Source: an uncultured Nitrospinaceae bacterium (GTDB lineage: Bacteria; UBA8248). Taken from it: 64,000 nucleotides of DNA. Under the pieces are notes generated by a model. That model saw only the letters and a program-made list of their open reading frames with translations, was not told the DNA's origin and did no database searches. Below, piece after piece: positions 28,189 to 39,143 of the stretch (positions are counted from its first letter, which is position 1; each line of letters begins with the position of its first letter). The position numbers were made by a program, and so were the translations under genes. The stretch covers positions 1 to 64,000 of the forward strand of contig CAXFSR010000013.1 in NCBI GenBank assembly GCA_964005815.1, given 5' to 3'.

Positions 28189-29259
28189 TTATTTTAAAGT
28201 AAAATTACCCTGTTTTCTTCCCCAACTTTTTTCTAAAGCATTTTCTACTTCTTTTACACTAATTAAAGACATACACTCTATAAAGTCACATTTTCGTAAA
28301 TAACATTCACTACATGCAAGTGAATGGTAGAGAATCATATTTTTATCTCCCCAAGGACGATTTCTTTCAGGATCTGTTGGACCCATTAGGGTTATACAAT
28401 CTAAGCCTAAAGCCGCAGCTAAGTGAGAAGGACCTGTATCTCCTCCTAAGAAAAAATCACCTCTCCTAATTAGTGAAATAATTTCTCTAATACTACAAAA
28501 AGGAAAGATCAACCCATCTTCATTCATTAAATTTAAGATCTTTTCAACTAATTCCTTTTCCCCTGGTCCCCACGAAAAAAGGACTCTCCCTTTTGTTAAA
28601 TTAACCCAAAAATCTGCGACTTTTGCAAAACGAGATGGATCCCATTGTTTTGTTATCCAACCTCCGCCAGGATGTACAATAAGAATCGGCCCATTCGACT
28701 TTAAATTATTTTCAACATAAAAAGATTCAGCCTTTTCAAATTCGTCCCTATTTTCAATTAATGGAAAACGAAAATCTTTATGTTCAGGTATAGGGATTTT
28801 TAATGGCTCTAATAATGAAAGATTTTTTTTTATGACATGCGATTTCAAATCAGAAGGAGCAGCATATTTATTCGAAAAAAAAGCATTAGCCCTCTCTCTG
28901 CATAAATTTTGCTCGAAACCAACACGAATCTTTGCTCTTGAAATAAAGGACAAAAATCCACTTTTAATAAGTCCTTGAGGATCTATAGCAACATCAGGCG
29001 CAATATTTTTCAATTCCTTTAGAGAACCCAAAAATCCTGAAATAGAATTTAAATTTATTTTTGTTCTTAAAAGTTTACTATCAACCGTCAAAATTTGATC
29101 TATATCCGGATTTCCATGTAAAATTTCAGCATAAATCGATTCAACTATCCACACAATTTCTGCACTAGGCATAAAATCTTTGATAGCTGAGGCTATAGGT
29201 AACGAGTGTATTATATCACCTATAGCTCCTAGACGAATTATCAAGAATCTTCTTTTCAT
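28189..29259 (-). CDS. waaC: Lipopolysaccharide heptosyltransferase I (GT9)
   Basis: RLGAIGDIIH.LP, D.QGLIKS, GGDTGP.HLA. Confidence 0.85.
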   Translation of the reverse strand: MKRRFLIIRLGAIGDIIHSLPIASAIKDFMPSAEIVWIVESIYAEILHGNPDIDQILTVDSKLLRTKINLNSISGFLGSLKELKNIAPDVAIDPQGLIKSGFLSFISRAKIRVGFEQNLCRERANAFFSNKYAAPSDLKSHVIKKNLSLLEPLKIPIPEHKDFRFPLIENRDEFEKAESFYVENNLKSNGPILIVHPGGGWITKQWDPSRFAKVADFWVNLTKGRVLFSWGPGEKELVEKILNLMNEDGLIFPFCSIREIISLIRRGDFFLGGDTGPSHLAAALGLDCITLMGPTDPERNRPWGDKNMILYHSLACSECYLRKCDFIECMSLISVKEVENALEKSWGRKQGNFTLK

Positions 29260-29261
29260 TT

Positions 29262-29777
29262 TTAATTCGATTTTTTTAAAATTTTACCTAATTCAGTTGA
29301 TGAATGATTTTTTGGATCACCACATATCAAGATTTTACCACCATATTTCTCAACTATATCTTTCTCAGGAACGTTATCTAAAGTGTAATCAGTTCCTTTA
29401 ACATGAAAATGAGGTTGTATATCTAATAGAATTTTACTTACATCCAATTCTTCAAAAAGAAGAATATAATCCACACAAATTAATTCAGAAATTATTTGCA
29501 GCCTTTCAACTTCTGGAATAAAAGGTCTACCTTCTCCTTTTAAGACTTTAGTAGATTCATCACTGTTTATCCCCACGATCAATAAATCTCCACTATCTTT
29601 TGCTTCACGAAGATATCTTATATGACCAACATGAAGTATATCGAAACATCCATTTGCAAAAACAATGATTTTACCTTCTTCTTTTCTCTTTTCGATTTCC
29701 AATTTCAGTTGTTCTAAGCACCATAATTTTCCTAAAAATTCATCATTTTTGTTCAAATTTTCATCCTTCAAGAGCAC
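29262..29777 (-). CDS. hldC: D-glycero-D-manno-heptose 1-phosphate adenylyltransferase (stand-alone HldE domain II)
   Basis: NGCFDILHVGH, GINSD.S...LKG..RP, KGTDY. Confidence 0.92.
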   Translation of the reverse strand: MLLKDENLNKNDEFLGKLWCLEQLKLEIEKRKEEGKIIVFANGCFDILHVGHIRYLREAKDSGDLLIVGINSDESTKVLKGEGRPFIPEVERLQIISELICVDYILLFEELDVSKILLDIQPHFHVKGTDYTLDNVPEKDIVEKYGGKILICGDPKNHSSTELGKILKKSN

Positions 29778-30744
29778 GAATCAGTTCATCTACTTTCACT
29801 ACAGCAGTCCCCATTTTCATAACTACTAAACCTGCTGCAATACTTGCAATCTCTGTTGACTCTTTCAGACTTGCTCCAGACGCAAGTGAAAGCGTGAAAG
29901 CAGCAATGACTGTATCACCAGCACCAGTAACATCCGCAACTTGATCAGAACCAAAAATCGGAACATCAGTTCTGAAATTTTCTTTTTGGAAAACACTCAT
30001 TCCTTTCTTTCCACGAGTTATGAGAACGGATTTAGAATTAGTGATCTTCAAAAGTTCTTTGCCTGCCTGATCAATTTTCTCATCATTTGGATAAAACCCA
30101 ATTGCATCTTCTACCTCTTCTTCGTTAGGCGTTATTGCAGTTACACCCTTAAAATCTGTACACGACCAGCGACTATCAACTGTAACAATAATTTGATTCG
30201 AAATTTTTTCTATAAATTTTCGAATTTTTTCACTAACTACACCTAAACCATAATCTGATACAATTAATGCGTCTAAACCTTCTTCACAGAGTTCTTCAAT
30301 AGATTTAATAATCTGAAATTCCATTTTTTCTGAAAAATCTCTTTTTTTCTCGTTATCTACACGTATAACCTGTTGTCGGGTAGTATTTCTTCCTCCAGCC
30401 AAGATTCTTTTCTTAGTAGGAGTAAGAGTTTCACTATCAAGAAAAATTTTATCCACATTGATTTTATTTGAAAACATTTTATCCTTAAGTTCTTTACCCT
30501 CCATATCATTTCCAACTACTCCAACTGCAAACACCTTACTACTAAGTGAAGAGGCATTCATTGCGGCATTTCCACCCCCGCCAGGTAATAAGGATCTATC
30601 TTGGAAATCTAAAACTATAACTGGAGCTTCTCTGCTTATCCTAGAAGTTTCTCCATAAATAAATTCATCTGCTATAAAGTCACCAACTACCGCAACTCTT
30701 AATGATGAAAATTTAGAAAAATATTTTTTTAATACTTGAGCCAT
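29761..30744 (-). CDS. hldA: D-glycero-D-manno-heptose 7-phosphate kinase (stand-alone HldE domain I)
   Basis: RISREAPV, SDYG.G, TPN..E, DVTGAGDT. Confidence 0.92.
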   Translation of the reverse strand: MAQVLKKYFSKFSSLRVAVVGDFIADEFIYGETSRISREAPVIVLDFQDRSLLPGGGGNAAMNASSLSSKVFAVGVVGNDMEGKELKDKMFSNKINVDKIFLDSETLTPTKKRILAGGRNTTRQQVIRVDNEKKRDFSEKMEFQIIKSIEELCEEGLDALIVSDYGLGVVSEKIRKFIEKISNQIIVTVDSRWSCTDFKGVTAITPNEEEVEDAIGFYPNDEKIDQAGKELLKITNSKSVLITRGKKGMSVFQKENFRTDVPIFGSDQVADVTGAGDTVIAAFTLSLASGASLKESTEIASIAAGLVVMKMGTAVVKVDELIRALEG

Positions 30745-30753
30745 TTAAAAATC

Positions 30754-31329
30754 CTAAATCTGAGAAAAAATAAGTTCTATTGCGTGGTAAACATCCTCTG
30801 CTAAGTAATCTGGTTCACGCAACCACTTTTCATTATTTGTTTCAAATTCCCCTCTACCGTATCCAGTTAAAACCAAAGCTGAACGACATCCTGCTGACCA
30901 ACCAGACTCTAAATCAGAAAATTTATCACCAATCATAAACGATTGTTCTAAATCAATATCATATTCGTGTGCTGCCTTTAAAATCATTCCTGGTTTTGGT
31001 TTCCTCATCTCACAGTCCTTAGAAAATAGATTTTCGCTTCCAAGAGGGACATGAGGACAATAATAAATAGCATCTAAATTAGCATTTTTTCTTTTCAACT
31101 CTTTTTGTAATTTTTCATGGACTTCTTCAATCATTGATTCCGCGAAATATCCTCTCGCAACACCTGCTTGATTTGTTACCAAAATTGCCAAAAAACCTGC
31201 ATCATTTATTTTCTTTACTGCATCTCCTGCACGAGGAAGTAGTTCATAATCATCTAAATGTGTTACATATCCAACATCTCGATTTAAGGTACCATCACGA
31301 TCTAAAAAAATTGCTTTTTTCTTTTTCAA
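30754..31329 (-). CDS. gmhB: D,D-heptose 1,7-bisphosphate phosphatase
   Basis: FLDRDGT, VTNQAG, YCPH, RKP.PGM, IGD. Confidence 0.93.
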   Translation of the reverse strand: MKKKKAIFLDRDGTLNRDVGYVTHLDDYELLPRAGDAVKKINDAGFLAILVTNQAGVARGYFAESMIEEVHEKLQKELKRKNANLDAIYYCPHVPLGSENLFSKDCEMRKPKPGMILKAAHEYDIDLEQSFMIGDKFSDLESGWSAGCRSALVLTGYGRGEFETNNEKWLREPDYLAEDVYHAIELIFSQI

Positions 31330-31346
31330 CTCAGCCTCCGTCTATT

Positions 31347-32381
31347 TTACAAGATATTTTTCAATCTATTTTCAACATCCGAAACTGTAATTTTTTCCAT
31401 ACAGTCATGATGTTGTAAAGGACATTCTCTCTTGAAACATGGACTACAATCTAAATTCTCATATATATAAAAATTATTAGATCCTCTTGGAGCTGTTAAT
31501 TTTGGATCAGTAGACCCAAAGATAGAAATCGTGGGTGTTCCCACCAAGGAGGCAATATGTAACGGACCCGTATCACCGGATATAAAAGCATCAAGCATAG
31601 AAAGTAATCCAGGTAAGATTAATAAATTGTCTCTACCAAAAAAATTTAGTGCTTTTCCTTTAGAATATTTTACAACCATTTCAGTTAATTCCTTCTCCCC
31701 TGGACCACCAAAAATCAATACACTGGCATTTTGTTCATCAATTAAACGTTCAGCCAATAATCCAAAATTTTTTGGATTCCAAGTTTTGGAAGACCCGAAA
31801 AATGCTCCTGGATGAATACCTATAAGAGGTCGTTTCGATAAAACAACATGTTTTTCTAACGTATTTTTCGAAACCTCAAGCAAGTCATCTCTTATTTTAA
31901 TAAAAATCCTTTCAGAAACTGGATTCAGTCCATTTGCAACAAGTAATTCGAGATAATAATCCACTAGATTCAAAGATTTATTCTCCGACAAAAAAACTGG
32001 ATTCGTAAGTAATTGCTTTCTGAATCTAGTAGAATACCCAATTCTTGATTTTGAACTACTCAAATAACTAATAAAAGCCGAACGAAAACTATTAGGTAAA
32101 ATCCAAAAAGTATCGAAAGCAAGTTTATCCTTCAATTTTCCAAATCGAAAAGTTTTCAATAAATACCAGAGATTTTTCTTGTCGAGTTTAATAACCTCAT
32201 CCACCCAAGGAAAGTTTCTAACAAGACCTTCAACCCAAGGATTAACTATAACTCTTATCTTTGAATCAGGGAAATTTAACCGAAGTGAAGCAAAAAACGG
32301 TGCTGCCATCGCAGTATCACCTATCCAGTTGGGAGCCAAAACAGTATGATTTTCAGTAACAGAAAAATCAATATTACCCAA
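31347..32381 (-). CDS. waaF: Lipopolysaccharide heptosyltransferase II (GT9)
   Basis: PNWIGD..MA.P, LPNSFRSA, PGA.FG.SK.W, CSPCFKRECP. Confidence 0.9.
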   Translation of the reverse strand: MGNIDFSVTENHTVLAPNWIGDTAMAAPFFASLRLNFPDSKIRVIVNPWVEGLVRNFPWVDEVIKLDKKNLWYLLKTFRFGKLKDKLAFDTFWILPNSFRSAFISYLSSSKSRIGYSTRFRKQLLTNPVFLSENKSLNLVDYYLELLVANGLNPVSERIFIKIRDDLLEVSKNTLEKHVVLSKRPLIGIHPGAFFGSSKTWNPKNFGLLAERLIDEQNASVLIFGGPGEKELTEMVVKYSKGKALNFFGRDNLLILPGLLSMLDAFISGDTGPLHIASLVGTPTISIFGSTDPKLTAPRGSNNFYIYENLDCSPCFKRECPLQHHDCMEKITVSDVENRLKNIL

Positions 32382-32553
32382 AATGATGATCCTTTAAAAA
32401 AGAAATCGAAATTTTACCCTAATAATTGTACAATTTTTTTAGTAAACTAAAAAATGTCTTGGGTTCTATGAAAATTTCTTTATTTTCAGTTCGTTTTTTT
32501 AATCTTATTAAAATATTTTTATAACTTTATAATATGAATTTGGAATTTTTATA

Positions 32554-33783
32554 TTGAAAAAACTTCAAACTTACATTTTAAAAGATATCCTAAGTTGGTC
32601 TTTCTTATCACTGCTTTTGCTAACTTTCATTTTATTAATAGGCAGAATTTTTGAGATAACTCAATTATTAATAATAAATAAGATTCCATTTATTATTGTT
32701 TTGAACTTTTTAATGACAACACTTCCAATTCTGTTGTTAACTAACATACCAATGGCAATATTAATCTCCACAGGATTAGTATTTAGTAAGCTTTCACATG
32801 ACAATGAACTATTAGCAATGACTTCATCAGGAATGAGTTTTTATAAACAATTAACCCCTGTAATAATATTAGGAATAGTAACTACTCTAATTATGTTTTA
32901 CTTGACAATTTATGGACTACCATGGGGATTCTCAAAAAGCAGAATTATAAGCAAAAAAATTATTTCTATAAGTCAGATCGATTCTAATATACAAGAACAA
33001 GTTTTTAAGGAAATTGCAGATGGAATAGTAATTTTCGTAGGAAAGAAGAGTAATAAAAGTAAAACATTAAGAGGAATCATCATTTCTGAGTCAAGAGACC
33101 AAAAAAACAAAAAAATAATTTTTGCTAAAAAAGCTATTTTCAGAAAAGATAAAACAAAAAATTTAATAGTTTTTCAATTGTATGATGGTTCAATCCACGC
33201 AGAAGTAAATCAATCTCCTAAAGGAAAAATTATTTCAAACAAGACCATTCCCACAGAAAAAAGAAGTTATAGGATTACACAATTTAAAAAATATCATTTG
33301 AAAATTGACTTGGTCCAGAGAAATGAAAACTTTAGCCCCTTTCGGCTTAGACTTAGGGAGTTGCCTATTGAAAAGCTAAATTATGAAATTAGAAATGCAG
33401 AAAGAGATTCAAAAAAAGAATTAATGTACCTAATTGAATTTCATAGAAGAATTGCTTTTCCTTTTATTTCTTTAATATTTGCGATGCTAGGAGCATCACT
33501 TGGGGTAACAAATCAAAGAACTGGAAAACAGGGAGGATTCTTGCTCAGTCTAACTATATTGTTCCTTTACTATCTTCTTGATACTTTTTTCAAAGGCCTT
33601 GGTGAGAATGGATTTTTATCACCTATTTTCTCGGCATGGGGGGCAAACATAATTCTAACATTTTTGACTCTTTATTCTGTATATAAAGTTAATCGCGAAG
33701 GGGATTTCAAAATAATGAAAGTAATTTCAAAACCCTTCACATCGCTAAATAATTTCACAAATTTAATTAGAAGAAAATCATGA
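32554..33783 (+). CDS. lptF: LPS export ABC transporter permease LptF
   Basis: YjgP/YjgQ architecture; LS.DNELLAM..SG, EFHRRIAFP, AWGAN. Confidence 0.85.
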   Translation: MKKLQTYILKDILSWSFLSLLLLTFILLIGRIFEITQLLIINKIPFIIVLNFLMTTLPILLLTNIPMAILISTGLVFSKLSHDNELLAMTSSGMSFYKQLTPVIILGIVTTLIMFYLTIYGLPWGFSKSRIISKKIISISQIDSNIQEQVFKEIADGIVIFVGKKSNKSKTLRGIIISESRDQKNKKIIFAKKAIFRKDKTKNLIVFQLYDGSIHAEVNQSPKGKIISNKTIPTEKRSYRITQFKKYHLKIDLVQRNENFSPFRLRLRELPIEKLNYEIRNAERDSKKELMYLIEFHRRIAFPFISLIFAMLGASLGVTNQRTGKQGGFLLSLTILFLYYLLDTFFKGLGENGFLSPIFSAWGANIILTFLTLYSVYKVNREGDFKIMKVISKPFTSLNNFTNLIRRKS

Positions 33784-34871
33784 GTATAATAGAGAGATAC
33801 ATTTTAAAGCGTTTTCTAGTTTTCCTGGCTCTTTTCCATATCGGAACAACAACACTTTTTTTACTCGCAGAATTCATCGAACGAATTGATGACCTAGTGG
33901 AAAAGAATGCATCTTTTTCTCACAGTTTTCTTTATTTTTTCTATAAGATTCCTATGCTTTCCGTTGAAGCAATGCCAGTATCAGTTCTATTAGGTTCAGT
34001 AACTACATTATTTATTTTTTCAAGAAGAAAGGAAATACTTTCGATGTTAGTTTCTGGTATTAGCATCTATAAAATTATAAGCCCAATTCTAATCGCAACA
34101 CTAGCTATAGGTCTTCTAAACTTTCTTGCAAGTGAATTTGTAACTCCAAAAACTAATGAACTATGGTATTACAATTGGCGAGTGAACATAAAAAAGATAC
34201 CTATTAAGTCTTACCAAGAACAAAATTCTGTATGGTTTAGATCTAAGGACAAATCCATTATTTGGTTTATTAATCACTATGACCCAAAATTAAAGAAGAT
34301 GAAGAACGTGACTCTCTTTTTTTTAGATAACAACTATAATTTAAGAAAAAAAGTTCAGGCTCTTCAGTCAAAATGGGATAAAAAAGATTCTAATTGGATT
34401 TTCTTTAATGGGAAAATACAAAAATTTCTTTCTTCCGGAAACATATACAAAAAAGAGTTTGACAAGCTAAAAATGAATGTCTTTGAAAAACCTAGTGATT
34501 TCGAAGATATAAGAAAAGATCCTGAACAAATGAATTATCGAGAGATAAGATCTTACATTGATTTCCTAAAACAAACTGGCGTAAATCCAACAAAATTTGA
34601 GGTCCAAAAATGGTCAAAATTAGCGAAACCATTTATGATTTTCATATTAGTTCTGGTAATAATTCCATTTACTCTCAATAATAGTTTTAATTTTTCTTCT
34701 GCAATCGGAACTATTGTATCCGTTATTTTAGGATTTAGTTTTTTTGTGATTTTTTATGCAAGCCTATCACTAGGCGATAATGGCACATTACCACCATTCT
34801 TTTCCGCATTCGCACCTAACGTTCTTTTTCTTGGTCTTGGAACGTACTTCTTAACATTTTTGAAGAGCTAA
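33780..34871 (+). CDS. lptG: LPS export ABC transporter permease LptG
   Basis: IIERYI, E...M..SG.S, KLAKP, LPP..SAFAPN; ATGA overlap with lptF. Confidence 0.85.
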   Translation: MSIIERYILKRFLVFLALFHIGTTTLFLLAEFIERIDDLVEKNASFSHSFLYFFYKIPMLSVEAMPVSVLLGSVTTLFIFSRRKEILSMLVSGISIYKIISPILIATLAIGLLNFLASEFVTPKTNELWYYNWRVNIKKIPIKSYQEQNSVWFRSKDKSIIWFINHYDPKLKKMKNVTLFFLDNNYNLRKKVQALQSKWDKKDSNWIFFNGKIQKFLSSGNIYKKEFDKLKMNVFEKPSDFEDIRKDPEQMNYREIRSYIDFLKQTGVNPTKFEVQKWSKLAKPFMIFILVLVIIPFTLNNSFNFSSAIGTIVSVILGFSFFVIFYASLSLGDNGTLPPFFSAFAPNVLFLGLGTYFLTFLKS

Positions 34872-34873
34872 AA

Positions 34874-35980
34874 CTAGCAAATCTTTTTGAGTATAAGTTC
34901 CCATAAGGAGTCAGAATTATCTATTTTCATTTTCACAGTTAAAACTAACAAAGGAACGCCAAGCTTAAAATCGTCAAGTTTCACAACATCTTTTTGAGTA
35001 GTAATCATATAATCTGGATTTAATTCTTGAGTTTTTTTCCTTATTTTCTCGAGATTTCTTTCGCAATAAAAAACATGATCAGGAAACTTAAGATGTTCTA
35101 TTATAGTAATACCTTGTTTTTCGAGAATATTATCAAAAGAATCTGGATTTCCAATCCCACTAAAGGCAAGAATTCTACTTGATTTAATATCTTCCAATTT
35201 AAAATAGGATTCCTGTTCGGGACAAAAAATATGCTCAACAGTTAGTTCGCCTTTAAAAATAGGCACTGTGAGATTTAGGGAAGCAAGGTTTTGCTCCCCT
35301 TTCTCTTTATCTTCTCCAGTAACAAGAAATGCATCCGCATACTTAGAATGACTTATTGGTTCTCTCAAAATACCTGATGGAAAAACTCTACCATTTCCAA
35401 ACGGATTCTTACCATGAAAAAGAAGAAAATCGAAGTTTCTTTTTAATTTCAAGTATTGGAAACCATCATCAATCAATACAACATCTACATTAAAACTAGA
35501 TATAACTTTTTCGCCTGAAAGTATACGATCAGTACCAGTTATTATGGGAACATTGGGAAATAATCTTGATAACATGACTGATTCATCTGAAGCAGGAGGA
35601 GAGGTTAAAATATTGCCTTTTCCGTCACTTACTAATGTGAAATTAGAATTTGAACTTCCGTATCCACGACTTATAACTGCTGGATTTAAATTTTTTTCAA
35701 TTAACTTTCTAAGAAGCCAAATTAAAACTGGTGTTTTTCCCGTTCCACCCAATGAAATATTTCCAATAGAAATAACTGGCACGGACAAAAATGTAGATTT
35801 AAAAAAATTTGTATCAAAAAGATACCTTCTAACAAACATTAGTACGGAGTATACAAAACCAAATGGAAATAGAATTAAAGTTAACATTTTTGCCCATAAT
35901 CTGGCATTTTTTTTGCCGCTTAGAGCATTTAACAAATAAATTCTAAATTTATTCAATTTCCAACTCCTCAGAAGTCTCAA
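34874..35980 (-). CDS. lpxK: Tetraacyldisaccharide 4'-kinase
   Basis: VISIGN..GGTGKTP, SRGYG, DE, DDGFQ, P.G.LRE, FPDH, TTQKD.VK; start may be TTG 35956. Confidence 0.95.
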   Translation of the reverse strand: MRLLRSWKLNKFRIYLLNALSGKKNARLWAKMLTLILFPFGFVYSVLMFVRRYLFDTNFFKSTFLSVPVISIGNISLGGTGKTPVLIWLLRKLIEKNLNPAVISRGYGSSNSNFTLVSDGKGNILTSPPASDESVMLSRLFPNVPIITGTDRILSGEKVISSFNVDVVLIDDGFQYLKLKRNFDFLLFHGKNPFGNGRVFPSGILREPISHSKYADAFLVTGEDKEKGEQNLASLNLTVPIFKGELTVEHIFCPEQESYFKLEDIKSSRILAFSGIGNPDSFDNILEKQGITIIEHLKFPDHVFYCERNLEKIRKKTQELNPDYMITTQKDVVKLDDFKLGVPLLVLTVKMKIDNSDSLWELILKKIC

Positions 35981-37247
35981 TTGCCTTCAATATTAAACTA
36001 GTTGCATATAAAGAAGACCCTTGATTGTCTCTTACCAATTTATATCCTATAGAACCTACTTTTTTCCTTAAGACTTCATTTGAAAGCAAATCGTTCATTA
36101 CTCTCTTTAGATCCTGTTCTCCTTCAACCTGGTATGCAGCTCCTTCTTTTAGAAGCAACTCTGAGACCTGATTAAAATTATACATATGTGGACCAAAAAT
36201 TACTGGAATTCCACGCACAGCAACTTCTATTGGATTCTGCCCCCCATGCCTAATTAAACTTCCACCAACAAAAGCAAAAGTAGCATAAGAATAAAACTTA
36301 GCTAGTTCTCCCATTACATCTAGTATTATTATCTGTCCATCTTCTAAAATATTTTCAGAAATAGAACTCCATAAAACAGATTTTTGTCCCATATTTTGTA
36401 TTTTTTTTTGGATCGATTCAGTCCTATTTATGTGACGTGGTGCAATCATTAGGCTAATCTTAGGAAATTTCCGCTGCAAACTTACAAAAACTGATGTAAC
36501 AATTTCTTCCTCACCCTCATGCGTACTACCTGCCAGTATTAGGTTCTCCAATACAGAAATTTTTGGTTTAGAAAAATTGGCATTTTTCTCGTTATTTTCA
36601 GGTAAAAGCTCAACTGAATCGTATTTAATATCGCCTGATACAGTTACATCACAAGCTCCCAAAGAAACAAAATATCCTGCATCCTCTTTTCCACGTGCGA
36701 CTACTTTAGATAAAAGATTAAATATTGGTCGGAAAAAAAAGCCAAATGATTTATATCTATTAAATGAACGTCTTGAAAGTCTTGCATTTACGATAAAAAC
36801 TGGGCATCCATATCTTCGGGCTTGGTTTATTATATTAGGCCATATTTCAGTTTCTATTATCACCAATATATCAGGGTTCATAGATTTAAAAATTCTTTTG
36901 ACTATCGAAATAAAATCAAATGGAAGATAGAACACTTTTTCAACTCCCGGAATTTTCAAAGCTTCTAGTCTTCCGGTCTGAGTTACAGTTGAAACATAAA
37001 TTATTAATTCAGGATTTTTATTAGAAATCGTTTTTATTACTGTTTCAGCTACTTTCACTTCACCTACTGAAACGGCATGAAACCAAAGTTTCTTACTTTC
37101 TAAATTTTTCGGTCCAAACTTATTAAAACCAAATCTTTCAAAGAGACCAACTAAAGAATCTTTTCTCTTCCACGTTCGATAGATAAAGAATAAAAGTAAT
37201 AAAGGAGAAAAAATCCGAAGCAAAAAATTGTATAAAAAATAAGACAT
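35949..37247 (-). CDS. waaA: Kdo transferase
   Basis: WFHAVSVGE, ETEIWPN, NARLS, GSTHEGEE, APRH, VGGSL..GGQNPIE. Confidence 0.96.
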   Translation of the reverse strand: MSYFLYNFLLRIFSPLLLLFFIYRTWKRKDSLVGLFERFGFNKFGPKNLESKKLWFHAVSVGEVKVAETVIKTISNKNPELIIYVSTVTQTGRLEALKIPGVEKVFYLPFDFISIVKRIFKSMNPDILVIIETEIWPNIINQARRYGCPVFIVNARLSRRSFNRYKSFGFFFRPIFNLLSKVVARGKEDAGYFVSLGACDVTVSGDIKYDSVELLPENNEKNANFSKPKISVLENLILAGSTHEGEEEIVTSVFVSLQRKFPKISLMIAPRHINRTESIQKKIQNMGQKSVLWSSISENILEDGQIIILDVMGELAKFYSYATFAFVGGSLIRHGGQNPIEVAVRGIPVIFGPHMYNFNQVSELLLKEGAAYQVEGEQDLKRVMNDLLSNEVLRKKVGSIGYKLVRDNQGSSLYATSLILKAIETSEELEIE

Positions 37248-37990
37248 TAAGAAATCTTTTCATCTTTTATTGTTAATGAAGATTCAGCTAATAGGTTAGA
37301 CTTTTTTATTGCATCCTGAATCTGAATTGTATAATTTTCTAATTCGTTTCGTTTTAATTTTCTTGGTACTGAAATCGGCTCTCCATAATTCATTGATAAT
37401 TTTGAAAAAGGAAGGGGAATAACAGTCCTATCCCATGTTGACAATTCAAATGAATTCTTGATAGCAAAACCTAAAGGTAAAATTTTACACCCGCTTAAAG
37501 AAGCCAGCTTAACTATTCCGTTTTTAACTTCATTTGGAGGTCCCTTAGGTCCATCTGGAGTTAAAACTAGGTTATACCCTTCCCTGGAACTCTGGATGAG
37601 GCTTCTTAGAGCCATACCTCCACCTTTGTTAACAGAAATTGTACTAGAGGACCCCCTAACAAAACGGCTTCCAAAACGAAACATGATTCGTGAAATTAGT
37701 TCTCCATCTCTACTTTTACTCGTTAGACATTTATGTGGCATAGTTCGGAAAAATGAGATGGGAAGTGTTATATGTCTATGCCAGAATACAAAAATATATT
37801 TTCCAAATTTATCTCTAAGAACTTCTTCATGTAACTTAGGCTGGAGACATTCTATGGTCATAGTTTTGTAGATAGAATTTAATAATTGATAAATTGCACT
37901 AGAAAAAAAACGTATTCGGAAAGATACATCGATTTTTAAACCAAAAATATCATAATTCTGGTCAATTCTATCTCTATTTTGTTTCTGCAT
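37247..37990 (-). CDS. DUF374 acyltransferase-like protein (LpxJ-type late lipid A acyltransferase candidate)
   Basis: FWH, S.SRDGE, VRGSS, TPDGPKGP, WD....PLPFS motifs; between lpxB and waaA. Confidence 0.8.
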   Translation of the reverse strand: MQKQNRDRIDQNYDIFGLKIDVSFRIRFFSSAIYQLLNSIYKTMTIECLQPKLHEEVLRDKFGKYIFVFWHRHITLPISFFRTMPHKCLTSKSRDGELISRIMFRFGSRFVRGSSSTISVNKGGGMALRSLIQSSREGYNLVLTPDGPKGPPNEVKNGIVKLASLSGCKILPLGFAIKNSFELSTWDRTVIPLPFSKLSMNYGEPISVPRKLKRNELENYTIQIQDAIKKSNLLAESSLTIKDEKIS

Positions 37991-39143
37991 TTTCAAACCA
38001 ATCATTCAAAATATATTCTGACGCATTTATATATGGATTTGAAGATTCTAGCTTTTTTCTAATTTCACTTATAAAAGTTTTTTCTTTCTTAAATTTATTT
38101 CCTTCAATAAAAAGATTTCTTACTAATTTCGCAATATCAATACCGTTTACTTTTCCCTGCAGTAGTTCTGGGACAACTTCTTCACCAACAATTAAATTCG
38201 ACAAACCTAAATAATCTACTCTCATTAAGAAATACTTAGCTAAAAAATAACTTAGAATATCAGTTTTATATATAAGTATAGATTCAACTCCTATTACAGA
38301 GGCTTCCAAAGAAGCGGTTCCACTTGAAACAATAGCAAAATCTGAAATTTTAAGAAGTTCGGATAATTTTCCACGATAAGGAAGAATAAAATTTTCAGAT
38401 TTGTTTAAAAATGAATGGATTGTATCTTTAGGAAGTGAGTTTGCTTCAGAAACTACAAAAACTGTTTTTGATAATTCTGAATGCAGAATCCTTGCAGCAT
38501 CAATCATAGGAGGCAGATGCCTATTCAACTCTTTTCTCCTACTCCCTGGAACAAGAGCTATGATATTATAGGTATTATCAATATTTAGATCGTTCTTTGT
38601 TAAGCCCGTTTTCGTTTTTTGCATTAACTCAAAACATATTGGATTTCCAATATATTTAGCAGGGATATTACTTTTTTTAAAGAATACGTTCTCAAAAGGA
38701 AAAATTGTGAGTACCAGATCAAAGTTCTTTGCAATCTTTTTTGTACGAGATGGTTTCCATCCCCAAATTTGTGGAGGAATAAAATATATCATACGACTTT
38801 TCAGAAGATTTTTCTTTAATAACCTAACTAAATTCATATTAAAACCTGGGAAATCTACAAAGATTACTATCTCAGGTTTTTTTTCGATCGCAAACTTTAA
38901 AATTTTTGAACGAGTTTTCATTAATTCAGGAATAACTTTTATTCCATCAAGTATACCCGTAACTGAAACATTCTCGTAAGAATACAGGATCTCAACTCCA
39001 GCAGAATCCATGTACGGACCACCCATACCAGAAAACATTATTTGAGGATACTGCTCTGAAATTGAACTAACCAATCTAGAAGCGTGAAGATCTCCAGATG
39101 CCTCACCAGCTATAATCATTATCCTGGAGGGAGTTGATTTCAT
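37974..39143 (-). CDS. lpxB: Lipid-A-disaccharide synthase
   Basis: AGEASGD, VDFPGFN, PPQIWGW, PGSR..E, SGTASLE. Confidence 0.96.
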   Translation of the reverse strand: MKSTPSRIMIIAGEASGDLHASRLVSSISEQYPQIMFSGMGGPYMDSAGVEILYSYENVSVTGILDGIKVIPELMKTRSKILKFAIEKKPEIVIFVDFPGFNMNLVRLLKKNLLKSRMIYFIPPQIWGWKPSRTKKIAKNFDLVLTIFPFENVFFKKSNIPAKYIGNPICFELMQKTKTGLTKNDLNIDNTYNIIALVPGSRRKELNRHLPPMIDAARILHSELSKTVFVVSEANSLPKDTIHSFLNKSENFILPYRGKLSELLKISDFAIVSSGTASLEASVIGVESILIYKTDILSYFLAKYFLMRVDYLGLSNLIVGEEVVPELLQGKVNGIDIAKLVRNLFIEGNKFKKEKTFISEIRKKLESSNPYINASEYILNDWFENAETK